Assembly: GCA_028826165.1 (NCBI GenBank)
Contig: JAPDFW010000065.1
Coordinates: 62,001-126,000, forward strand
Reading direction: 5' to 3'
From: Anaeramoeba ignava BMAN
Taxonomy: Eukaryota; Protista; Anaeramoebae
DNA length: 64,000 bases
Part shown: piece after piece, positions 24,660 through 36,785 of the stretch
Layout of the letters: every line of letters starts with the position of its first letter
Position numbering within the stretch: position 1 is the first letter of the stretch
Translations under genes and position numbers: made by a program
The notes under the pieces: model-generated
The model's database searches: none
Seen by the model: the letters and a program-made list of their open reading frames with translations, nothing else
What the model was told of the DNA's origin: nothing

Positions 24660-27600
24660 TTAAAAATCAATCAGAGAATTTATTTTTTTGAGGAGATTCA
24701 AAACAAACTTGGGAGAAGTGAATAAAGAAATAACATCTTTTTCGCCGATCTGTTGCAGAAGTTGTTTAGTCTGCGGAGATTTCAAGAGAAGAGACAAACT
24801 TTCAGGAAGGTTTTGTGTCTCTGAATTTTGTTTTTCTGAAGAATATTGAAGGGAATGAGAAGGAACGAATTTTGATTGAGAAAAAATATTTTGGTCATCA
24901 AGAAAATATGCTGCATTTCTCCAGAAAAGAAGCAAGCCATGTTCGACATTGAACGTTGAAATGGAGAGGAGGTCTTCTTGCGGGGAAGAAAGACGGGGAG
25001 AGTGAGAATGGATGTGGGGCTGTTGAGAATATTCAGTGAGGAAATTTGCCGAAATTTGGAGAAAATTGAAAAGATGAGAAAAAGAAGCAGAATATTGGGT
25101 TTCTAGAGCGACTTGAGAGGGGTTGTGAGGGACAAACAATGAAGAGCATGAGTTGAGCTTTGTGAATATATTCTCGAGTTTGTTGTAGAGCTCCTGTGTT
25201 TCTGTGTAAGGTTGATCGTGCTGGATGAACTCATCGAAAAAATCAGGAGATTCTTCAGTGATTTGTTGATGCAGTGTTAGAAGCTGGAAACGCAATTGAT
25301 GAGATACATGTTTGTGAGAAATTGTGGTGAGAAAAGAGAGGATGTTTCCAAGAATTTTGCCGACAATAAGCTTTGCATCTTGGACACTTTCGAAAACTTG
25401 AATTTCAGCTGAAACAATAAAAACTTGATCGACTTGATTTCTTTTAATTTGTTCAATATCAACAAATCCAATCCATCTTCGCGGATCATGATATTTCTGG
25501 AAAAGTTTCAAAGAAAGATCACGAAGGAGATCAAAGAAGTTTGCGAGTTTATCAACAAGAACAAGAAGATGCGAAGATGCCAAGTATCTTATGATTCCCG
25601 TGACGCAAAAAAGTTCACTCAAGCTTCTTGGAGTGATCAAAATACCGCGATCTTCAAGGATCCGCCCAATAACTTCTTGATGTACCACAATGAAATCGAG
25701 CATTCTGCCTGCAAGGTCTGTGTTGTGGGGAACACTTGAGCACATTGCAAATAATAGTCTAAGTGCGGGCGCAAGCAGTTTGTGATATTTATCTGTTTTG
25801 TCTTCGATCCATCTGTATGCTGCTAGTTGTTCCCCTATGTTTTGTGGGAATGCTGGAAGATCCGGAATGCCTTGTTCAGGGAGTTTTGCAGAGATCAAAG
25901 ACGGGAAGAAAATAGACGCAAGATGGGAAGGCGCTTCTGGCCAATCATCGATATATTTCGCGTGATAGCAAAGAAGCTCTAAAATTCCGTTTTCCATAAG
26001 CATCTTAGAGCCCTTCTTTGTAAGTGCAACAGAGCTCAGCAGTGAGAATCTTGACTCAGCAATGAACAGTGCGTTTAATGAAGAAGACCGCAATGTGAGC
26101 ACGTTGGAAAGCGCAGTCTCTGATTGCTCAATTTCTTCGACAATCACACGCAAATACCCTCTTGAATCAACTAAATCTAAAAGAGAATTCCCGCTTTTCT
26201 CAACTGCTAAATCAGAACGAACTGCAAAAGCAACTCTTTCTTCTTCCGATCTTACCATTCCTTGTTGTTCAATCCCCAAAAGCGTCTCCAATGTCGAAAA
26301 TGCAGTGCATTTCCAAATGTTGTCGTTGTAAATGATATCTTGACAAAGAACATCAACTATTTTTGCTGTGTATTTTTGCACAATCTGTAGATTTTGTCCC
26401 GAGAAAGAACGTAGTTTCTCAAAAACATCTCCAAAAATATCAATCGTATTTGTTTGTTTTATGCCTGAAAAAATGTCCCTAATTCGACTTTTGTTATCCG
26501 GCAGAAATTTTTCTTCAAAAGAAATTTTCTCTTCGAAATCTGTGTTTTCTGAAGTGTCGTTATCAAGGGAGGAAAGAAGCTCTGTTTGCAGAGCAAGACT
26601 ATCGAAGACTTCTGCGCAAGCAATGTGGCGAGTCATTGCAGTATAGAGGTTTCCACGAATTTGTGTTCCAATGTCCTCGCGAATAGCACATTTGAAAAGG
26701 AGATCGGCGAATGGATGGAACATTTCAATAGGAACCTTTGCGCTGATGAATTTGAGGCTTTGGGTTGTTTGTTGATAAAGGAGATGAAGCGGTAGGGAAG
26801 AGCGAGCTTGTGGAAGAGTAAGAGTATTAGGATTTGCGGTGTTTGAGAGAAAGGATGGAGAAAACAATTTGGAATTCAAAAGAAAATTTTCATTGTGAGA
26901 ATCTTCTTCATTATTATTGTCTTTTGGAAACGAGAAGAGGTTTGTTTGGGGTGTTTTAAGTGGAATTTTTGATGAAATTAAGGATGCAATTTTATCAGTC
27001 AAGAACATTGTCATCTCGGCCATTTTTGTGCGGATTGAAATGTGGAGATCTGCATTTTGGAGTTTTCTGAGAAGGGAATTTCCCAATGAAAAAAGTAATC
27101 TTGAAGGGGGACCAATTTGTAAAGGGGGATCTTGATTGATATCAACTGGAAGAATTTCTGAAACAGCGACAAAAACCATATGTCTCCAAGATTCAAGGAA
27201 ATGGAACTGAGCCTGGGCAAGTTTGATTGATTTGTTCTCGAGGATTGCGTTTCTAACAAGACGGTTCATTTCGGCACGGAGTTCATCCTCTGAGTAAATC
27301 TCAGGAGAAACATCATCGGGACCAAATCGCATAATTCCCTGTTGATTGATGATAATGTCGTGATATTGTTGTACTAAAGAAAGACTTATTTTTTCCACAT
27401 CCAGAACCGCCACTTGGTGCTTGCGTCCAAGTTGGGTCATAAATATCAATTGCGGATCTTCTGGAGAAAGAGAAAACATCCGCGACTCAATAGGCCATGT
27501 GCTTTTGAGGGACTTGTTTGGAAGCTCAATTTCGTCGAGAAGCTGCAGCATTTTGATCTCGTTCTGCTCAAATACAGGCTCCTCAGTAACACCACCGCTA

Positions 27601-30600
27601 TATTCCTCGCGGAATTGATGATCCCCTTTTTTTTCATTTGGTCTGAATGGATCTTCTATATTTTCTTGTGTTTCTTTTCCAGTGATATTTTCCCATGAGT
27701 TTTCCGAAACTCCCATCCCAAGAAGAAGTGCCAAGGTCTGTTTCGCGCGCGGTCGCAATGGATTCAATTGGGGATTACTACGCCGCATTTCAAGCGCCAA
27801 GGTGCGCAATAACCAAGACTTCTGATAAAGTCTATAAAGCAATAAATTTGCATTTATTATATCCCGTTCATGCGAGAACGGTTCATGTTCAGTAACTTCC
27901 CCATTATCACCTATTATATTTCCCCCAAGCATTGTTTCTTTCTGGTATCTTTCTCGCTCAGAAACAATGCGTCGCGATGTGGTTGTGCTTAGTAGATCCG
28001 CTTTTGCTCTTGAAAGTAAAAATTCCTTTTTTCCTGTTTTTGATCTTAAAAAATTAATCATTGTTTTGCTTGTTTCCTTGTCGGTACAAAGCTTGAAAAT
28101 CAGCTCATAGCAAAGTTGTGAAAGTCGAGGAAATCTCTGTGCAAAACCAGGCGTTTCCATGATGCTGAAAATGCTATTTAAACTTGTTATTTTCTTGTCG
28201 TCAAGTCGCGTGTTCTTGATATCTTTACTCACATCAAATCCAAGTAGATAATGAGCAAAATTGGGAGCGGGTGCAGCCAAGCTATCGAGGAGAAACTTGA
28301 CAATAGATTCCTTCAAGCACGAAATGGAACTGGGAAGATACTCAAAGAGATCTTTGTTCGAGGAAATGATATTTTTTTCTTGGTCATTTTTTTCCGATTT
28401 TGAAATTTCCGTTTTATTTTCTTTTGTTTCTAATCCTGGCTCGCTTTGTTTTGCATCCTGAATCGCGTTTTTGTGGATTCTTTGATTTGCAAGCACATTG
28501 TCTATCCATTCGTCAACGACTTCATGAAGAAGTCTTTGGTCAATGAGGTTGTAAGTCGAGAGAGAAAATGTCTGAACAAGAAGAGAGCGATCAAAAAAAA
28601 TCGGGTCTCTTATAAGAAAGTGGTATGCAAAGGGAATCTGTGTGAAAAGGTCAGATTGTGAATATCCGAGATATGTTTGCGGAAGTTGGGGATCATCATC
28701 GGGATCAAGCTCTGCCTCGAGCTGGTTCGCGAAGCCTGAGATGATCTGCATTTTGGATCGGATCAAAAACTCGATTATTGAAGATTGTGGAACGGTTGAA
28801 AAGGAAGAAAGACCGAGTTGGGAAAGAACACTCAAACTGGCGTTGTTTATAGATGTGCTGAAAGGATAGACAACTAGCGAGAAAAGATCTGCGATTGAAG
28901 TTAGAGATCTGACAAGAAGTTGACCCAAACTTTTGACAGCAAGAGGAACAGGTTGTTGGCGGTTTAGCGCAAGAAAGTTTCTCTGGTGTTTCATCACAAG
29001 TGCGAATATCTGCAACGCAAGGACAACACTTTCCTCAAGAAAGAACGCAACTGCATTTTTGGTTTCTACAGTGGATCCCAATAGTGATTTGTCTTTCCCA
29101 TCGCTGTTTCTTTTTCCGCTATCCTTCTCAATGGATACTGTGTTTATGCGTGTGTCTTCCTCATCGTCTTTGTTGCGTTCGCGCGGGGCATTACTGACAG
29201 AATCGTTCAGAATGAGTCTGAGATCTTCAAGATTTTTTACTCCATATTCCACAATAAACTTCATTGTTTTCAACAGTGTTTTTCCTGATAGAATAGATTT
29301 CATCAGATAAAATCCTGGTTCTTGTTTCGGTGCCACAGAACGGCTAAAGTCTTCCGCGCTCGCGCTGTATTTAAGCAAGCAGATGTAGAAAATTTTCAGA
29401 CACAAAGAAGAAACGATCCATTTTTCTTCTGTTTTCAAATAGCTTCTTTGACTGAATTGGAAAAACACTTGTTTCACAATGAACTCAATATACGGCATTA
29501 CACCAACTCTTCGGTTATTTTTTCCCAACTGCTCGGGTACTTCTGCGTTTCTGAGAAGTGTGTAGATGAGGTTCAAAAAAGATATAAGTTCAGGATATTC
29601 TTTGTTTCGTGATTCCACTTGTTCAAGTTGTATTTGAAATCCGCTTGTTACTTTCTTTTCGGCTGCTTTTACTCTCTCAAAAAGAATGCCTTCTTTCTGG
29701 AGTATTTGTGTTTGCTGTGCCAAATTTTCTGTTTTGTTTTGGTCCGAATCTGGGAAATTTTGATTTTGCTCTTTTTTATCTTGTTGTTTTAAAATGGTGT
29801 GTTGTTTTGGAAACTCGCTTGTTTGCAAGAGTTGGGATTCTTCAATCATTTCCCAAACATTAAGCGCAATTTGAGGGGTTTTACAGAACGCAGAAATAGT
29901 TCCCAAAAGCGCCGATTTTAATTTCGAAGGAATTCTACAAGAAAGCAAACCAACAAGTGAATGAAGTGTTCCCCATCTTGAGTTTTGAACAAGTTCTATT
30001 CTTCCAATTTCGTAGTTTGCTACTATTCTTGTGATCAAACGCTGCATTCCAATTAGTGCTTCAATATCTTCGGGTCGAATTTCTTTTATTGATCTTGTTT
30101 GTGATCTTTGATTGTATTCTGACAATTCATCCCGATATTTTTCAATCACATTAAAAAAATTCAACCAATTAAATAGTTGGTTTGTATTTGATCCCAGGAA
30201 GTTGTATGCTTGTTCTGCGCATTGTTCATCGTTTACTAATGATGCAAACATGTTTACTACAGATATGAATAATTTGGATGTAAGAAATTGACATGATTCT
30301 TGAAGAAAGTCTCTTAATGGTCTGAAGAAGAATTTATATGATAGAGTTGGTTTTTGGTAGTAAAGTGTAGCTACTAGTCTAAGGAGTTGTTGATAGTCGT
30401 CTCTTACTGAGACTATTTTTAATTAATTTTGAATTTATTTAATTTAATTTTGAATTAATTTTGAATTTAATTTTATTTTGAATTAATTTTGAATTAATTT
30501 TGATTTAATTTAATTTGAATTAATTTAATTTTGATTTAATTTTGAATTAATTTAATTTAATTTAATTTTAATTTAATTTAATTTAATTTTGATTTAATTT

Positions 30601-32148
30601 AATTTTGATTTAATTTAATTTGAATTAATTTTGAATTAATTTTGAATTAATTTAATTTTGAATTAATTTAATTTTGATTTAATTTGAATTAATTTAATTT
30701 TGATTTAATTTAATTTAATTTGATTAAATACCTGGTTCAACTCCTCGAGGATTGTTTCTATATGATACTAACTCTCGCTCATTCTCAATCTCATTCATCC
30801 TAATAGAACTAACTAATTGTGGTGCTCCAACAATAAGAAAATAAATCAATTCATCAAGTATTTGAACATAAATTTCTGGAGTACTTGAATAACTAAAAAT
30901 TGATAACTTATGCTCTAAAATTTCCACAAAAAATTCAAAAACTTTTGATTCCAAAGAAGTTAATAATAAATCATCAACATTATAAATAGTGTTTTGGTTT
31001 TCATCAAAAAGATTATCAATTGTATAAATAAAAATCCCCAACCCAAACGATAAAACCCCATGTATTTGTTTGTGTTGCCATTCAGGCTTGGGTTTGAAAA
31101 CTCGTGATAATTCTTGAAGAAATTCTCCAGAATTAATATTTAAAAGTGGAGTTTTTTCTGAATCGAAATTTGGATCTTCAAGTTTTGATACAACTTCAGC
31201 TAATCCTTTTGCAAACTTGCAAATTGCTCCAAAAGTAAATGAAAACATGATTTGAGTTAAATGATTTCGATTCTTTTTTATTATTGGCTCTTGATTCGCC
31301 AAATTTTGCTGTTGATTTTCCTTTTGTTTTTCAATTATCATTTGCGTTGAAAATTCTTGAAGAAAATTATAAATATCAACGATGTTTTTTGTTGGGACGT
31401 GATGAAAAAAGCTTAAATTCAAAACAATATCACTTATAACAACCATTTCATTGATTATAAATTCATTCCGATTTGGTTCTTTGTGCAAAAGTTGATAAAG
31501 TTCTTTTAATTTATTGATTAAATTTTCCACAATATTATTCCGAATTAAATGGTTGATAAATTGTGATAAAGATGCTTGTAAATTTTGTGCTATTTTTCTT
31601 TGTGGATATCTTGCGATTTGAAGCAAACTAAATAATAAATGGTGTCTTTCAATATGAAAAATTGTAACAGCAACTTCAGTTTCATTTAATTTCTCTCCAT
31701 ATTTTAATTTCTTTTATAATTTATCAATTACAAAAATTTTAATTGATATCAATTTTTAAAAGTATAAAAAATTTTTATTTTACATTTTCAATCGCAAGTT
31801 GAAGTAATTCTACACTCATAATTTCATTTAGATTTAAAGTGTCACTAATTTCTAATGCTTGTCTAATTAATGTTTCATTCATTTTTTTACTATTAGGTCC
31901 TATTGTTACATTTCCATCTGCTACTTTTTTTCTATCATTTTGATTTTTTATCTTTTTTTTTTTTTAATTTGAAAAAAAACACAATAAATGATTTTTATAA
32001 AAATTTTTTTCTTTAAATTTACAGGATAATTTAAAGGTGAAATCAAAAACTCTCCATAAGAAAATAAAATAGCTTCAAATTCTTGGATATCAATTTGATT
32101 TGAAAATGCTAAATTTATTGTTCTCCAAAGATTATGAAAAACAAGCAT
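24660..32148 (-). CDS. NUP205: Nucleoporin Nup205/Nup192 homologue (4 exons, ~2300 aa)
   Basis: N-terminal RQALEISDTLNLNEIMSVELL, IERHHLL, QLEQVESRNKEYPELISFLNLI, and APNFAHYLLGFD motifs in a long alpha-solenoid. Introns at about 32022-31954, 31783-31711 and 30731-30414. Confidence 0.85.
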
Positions 32149-32389
32149 AAGTTGAAAAAATTAAAAAAAAAAAATGAAAAAAAAAATTCAAAAAAAAAAA
32201 TTAATTTAAAAAAAAAATTTTATTGAGATAATTAACATTAATGATAATTGATTTGATTACTGATAAAAAAAAAATGAAAAACAAAAAGAAAAAGGAAAAG
32301 AATATTTAAAAAAAAATGAAAATGAAGATTTTAAGGGAACATAACTAATAATATCTTTAAAGCAATTTTCTATTTCCATTTTCAATAAA

Positions 32390-33150
32390 GTTTTTTAAAT
32401 AAAGTTTTAAATGAAGTTTTCAATAAAGTTTTAAATAAAGTTTTAAATAAAGTTTTCAATGAAGTTTTAAATAAAGTTTTAAATAAAGTTTTAAATAATT
32501 TTTAAATAAAGTTTTAAATGAAGTTTTAAATGAAGTTTTAAATGAAGTTTTAAATGAAGTTTTAAATAAAGTTTTAAATAAAGTTTTAAATAAAGTTTTA
32601 AATAAAGTTTTCAATAAAGTTTTAAATAAAGTTTTTTCAATAAAGTTTTAAATAAAGTTTTTTCAATAAGATTTTAAATAAAGTTTTTCAATAAAGTTTC
32701 CAATAAAGTTTTAAATAAAGTTTTCAATAAAGTTTTAAATAAAGTTTTAAAAGATTTTTCAATAAAGTTTTAAATAAGGTTTTTCAATAAAGTTTTCAAT
32801 AATTTTTAAAATAAGTTTTTCAATGAAGTTTTAAATAAAGTTTTCAATAAAGTTTTTTAAATAAAGTTTTAAATAAAGTTTTAAATAAGTTTTTCAATGA
32901 AGTTTTAAATAAAGTTTTCAATAAGTTTTAAATAAAGTTTTAAATAAGTTTTAAATAAGGTTTTAAATAAAGTTGTAAATAAAGTTGTAAAAGGTTTTTT
33001 CAATGAAGTTTTCAATAAAGTTTTAAATGAAGTTTTTCAATAAGATTTAAATAAAGTTTTAAATAAAGTTTTAAATGAAGTTTTTCAATAAAGTTTTTAA
33101 ATAAAGTTTTAAATAAAGTTTTAAATAAAGTTTTAAATAAAGATTTTAAA
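32390..33150. repeat. Intergenic (AATAAAGTTTTA)n-type 12-mer repeat
   Basis: Directly visible between the NUP205 5' end and the PP2C 3' end. Confidence 0.9.
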
Positions 33151-33227
33151 ATGAGAAATTAAAATATGTAAATAGTAAATAATAATAAATACACTGAAAA
33201 ATATAATTCTTATTAATAAAAGGAAAA

Positions 33228-36200
33228 TCATTTAAAGAAAACAACGATAACAGAAATATTATCATTTGAACCTTGAAGGAAAGCTTTGTCTCTCAATTTA
33301 GCAGCAGCTTTTTGAGGGTCAATTTCAGTTGAAACAATATCAACAGCATCTTGGTCAGAAATAACATCCCAAACACCATCACAAGCAATAATTAAAAATT
33401 GATCCAAATTACTAATTTTAAGTGATGAGATAAACGGCTCAGGAGAAACAGTAGGACCAAGAAAGGAGTCTCCAATAGCTCGGCAAACAGCAAGCATTCC
33501 ATTAACTCTTCCATCTTTAACAAACCCACCACATTGTTCTATGCGTTCAATTTCGATATCGGGTTTATGATCCAAAGAAAGTCTGACAGCTATTCCATTT
33601 CGATTTAAAACTGCTCTTGTATCTCCTACATTTGCTATCCATAAATTGTCCCCTATAGTCAACGCAACTAATGCTGTTGTTCCGGTATATACGCACCAAG
33701 ATGACACTTGAGAGTCAATATCAATGAATGATTGTGTTAATGCATCCTCAATTATTTCTCCTTTCATAATTTTCTCTTTTAATAAATGATGTAATGTTTT
33801 TGCTGAATGTTCTGCTGCTTCTTTTCCTCCATGTCCATCAAATACTGCATAATATTCTCCAGAATCAGGTTTAATTGAAGAAATTTCAACTTTTTCTGGA
33901 AAGTCGATTTCACCTTCATCACTTATTAATAAAAGATTTTCATTATTTGCAAATAATACTGTTTTAGAAAGTTCTTCTATTTTTTTCAATATAAATATTA
34001 TAAATAATATAAATAATATAAATATAATAAATATTATAAATATTATAAATATTATAAATAATATAAATATAATAAATATTATAAATATTATAAATAATAT
34101 AATATAAATATTATAAATATTATAAATATTATAAATAATATAAATAATATAAATAATATAAATATTATAAATATTATTTTATTCACCTTTTGGTAACCAA
34201 TTATCAATAATAATAGATGAATCTTCCATTGTGGCTCTATTCCCCATCATCTCTGCCATTCCAGCTCTAAACCGAAAAGTTTGATCATCTACTTTCAATT
34301 CTTTTGGAGTATCCATTAAAGATTCCTGTTTTGAAAGTTTAAAAACATCATAAAGAGGAGTTCCTTTTGCTTCTTTAACTTGTTTTTTCTTTCCTTCAAT
34401 CATTTCAACTCCACGAATTGATTTGTACAATACTTTAGAAGTAACTTGATATTTGTTTTGACAAACATTTGTGATAATTTCATCAATAATACTGGAAATG
34501 ACATCATTTCTATTGACAATATGATTGAGAGGTTTAGTTTCTTGTTCAGATAAATCTTTACTCTCAATTTTCAAGTTTGTGAGTGAGAAATTATTTGCCA
34601 ATCCAGATAAAAGACACGAAGTTGATTTTTTACTTAATTGATTTGAACCAATTTCAAGTGATCGAATGTTTTTGTTGATTTTCAAACAATGTGAAAGTGA
34701 AAGTATTCCATTTTCTTCAATTCCAACTCCGTTGAGATACACTGATTGAATTGTTGAGTTTTCCAGAAGAGAACGTGAAAGATCTGTTACTCCTTCATTT
34801 CCAAGTTGATTCCAAGAAAGATCAATTTCTAAAAGAGTTTTGTTTGTTTTTAACATTTCAGATATAAATTTAATTCCTTCGTGTGAAATTTCTGTTTTTC
34901 TTAAGGTTAAATGTGTAACTTTCGGATTTTTAGATAAAACTTGTGATAGTATTTCTACTCCTGAATCTTTTAAAGGAATTGTATTTAGATTAAGTGATAT
35001 GTATTCGCTTGTCTTGCTTTTACTTATGCATTCTTGATATAGAGCTGCGAGAATCTATTTAAAATTAAAATTTAATTTAATTTAATTTAATTTAATTTAA
35101 TTTAATTTAATTTAATTTAGAAATTAAAATTTAATTTAATTTAATTTAGAAATTAAAATTAAAATTAAAATTAAAATTAAAATTAAAATTAGAATTAAAA
35201 TTAAAATTAAAATTAGAATTATAATTATAAATAGAATTAGAATTAAATTTAGAAATAAAAATAGAAATAAAATTATAAATAAAATTAGAATTAGAATTAA
35301 AATTAGAAATAGAATTAGAATTAAAATTAGAATTAAAGAAATTAAAAATTAAAATTAAAATTAAAATTAAAATTAAAATTAAAATTAAAATTAGAATTAA
35401 AATTAAAAATTAAAAAAAATTAGAATTAAAATTAGAATTAAAATTAAAATTAAAAATTAAAATTAAAATTAAAAATTAAAATTAAAATTAGAATTAGAAT
35501 TAAAATTAAAATTAAAAATTAAAATTAAAATTAAAAATAGAATTAGAATTAAAATTAGAATTAGAATTAAAATTAGAATTAGAATTAGAATTAGAATTAG
35601 AATTAGAATTAAAATTAAAATTAAAATTAAAATTAAAATTAAAATTAAAATTAAAATTAAAAATTAAAATTAAAATTAAATTAGAATAGAATTAGAATTA
35701 GAATTAGAATTAGAATTAGAATTAGAATTAAAATTAGAATTAGAATTAGAATTAAAATTAAAATTAAAATTATAAATAAAAAAAAATTAAAAATTAAAAT
35801 TAGAATTAGAATTAAAATTAGAATTAAAATAAATTAAAAATTAAAATTAGAATTAGAATTAAAATTAAATTGAATTAGAATTAAAATTATAATTAGAATT
35901 AGAATTAAAATTAAAATTAAAATTATAATTAGAATTAAAATTAGAATTAGAATTATAATTAAAATTAAAAATTAGAATTAGAATTAGAATTAAAATTAGA
36001 ATTAAAATTAAAATTAAAATTAAAATTAAAATTAGAATTAGAATTAGAATTAAAATTAAAATTAAAATTAGAATTAGAATTAGAATTAGAATTAGAATTA
36101 AAATTAAAATTAGAATTAAAATTAAAATTAGAATTAGAATTAGAATTAGAATTAAAATTAGAATTAAATTAGAATTAAAATTAGAATTAGAATTAGAATT

Positions 36201-36610
36201 AGAATTAGAATTAGAATTAGAATTAAAATTAGAATTAGAATTAAAATTAGAATTAGAATTAGAATTAAAATTAGAATTAGAATTAAAATTATTTGCTATT
36301 CTAATTTTAAATTAGATTGTAAATTATTTGGGGTATTAATTTTAATGTTAGTTTTTGAAATAAAGAAATTCTTAATTATTATTTTTTAATTGTTATTTTA
36401 AGTTGAAAAAAATTTTTTTTTTTAAAATACCTTTTCTCTTTGACTTTTCTTTTCTTCTATACTTAAATCTCTGAAATGAATAAAAATTTGTTGAGCAACT
36501 AAAATATAAAATTAAAATAAAAAATATAAAATTAAATATAAAATTAAATATAAAATTAAATAATTTAAAATACCTTTATTCTTAATTTTTTTTGGATTCT
36601 TATTTCCCAT
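33228..36610 (-). CDS. RI-like leucine-rich repeat + PP2C (PPM) protein phosphatase, ~4 exons
   Basis: LRRs (LLEIDLSWNQLGNEGVTDL, IRSLEIGSNQL) and PP2C motifs (GNRATMED, AVFDGHGG, GTTA, ANVGDTRAVL, DHKP, GMLAVCRAIGD, ACDGVWDV, GSNDNISV). The start exon MGNKNPKK at 36610 is inferred from GT/AG sites. Confidence 0.82.
35060..36290. repeat. (AATTAG/AAAATT)n simple repeat in the LRR-PP2C intron
   Basis: About 1.2 kb of mixed hexamer runs. Confidence 0.92.
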
Positions 36611-36785
36611 TTTATTATAACAAATTTTATTTTAAATTTCTCTTTTAAAGTTTGTTTTTGTTTTTGTTTTTTTTTTAATTTGAGGAAAGTTGAAAAAAAA
36701 AAAATGAAAAAAAAAAGTTGAAAAAAAAAAAAAGGAAGAACAAAGAAATTATTAAAAAAGAAATTATTAAAAAAGAAAAAGAAAA

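Noticed and set aside
24660-30413. Higher-GC 5.7-kb block as a possible horizontally acquired island or intein-containing region
   Set aside because: It is the main exon of a eukaryote-specific nucleoporin (Nup205). No intein splice motifs (C...HN-C/S/T) or LAGLIDADG blocks were recognised, and GC rises mid-exon in other genes too.
35060-36290. (AATTAG)n as an interstitial telomeric repeat
   Set aside because: Lacks G-runs, is mixed with AAAATT, and lies inside an intron like the other gene-specific repeats.
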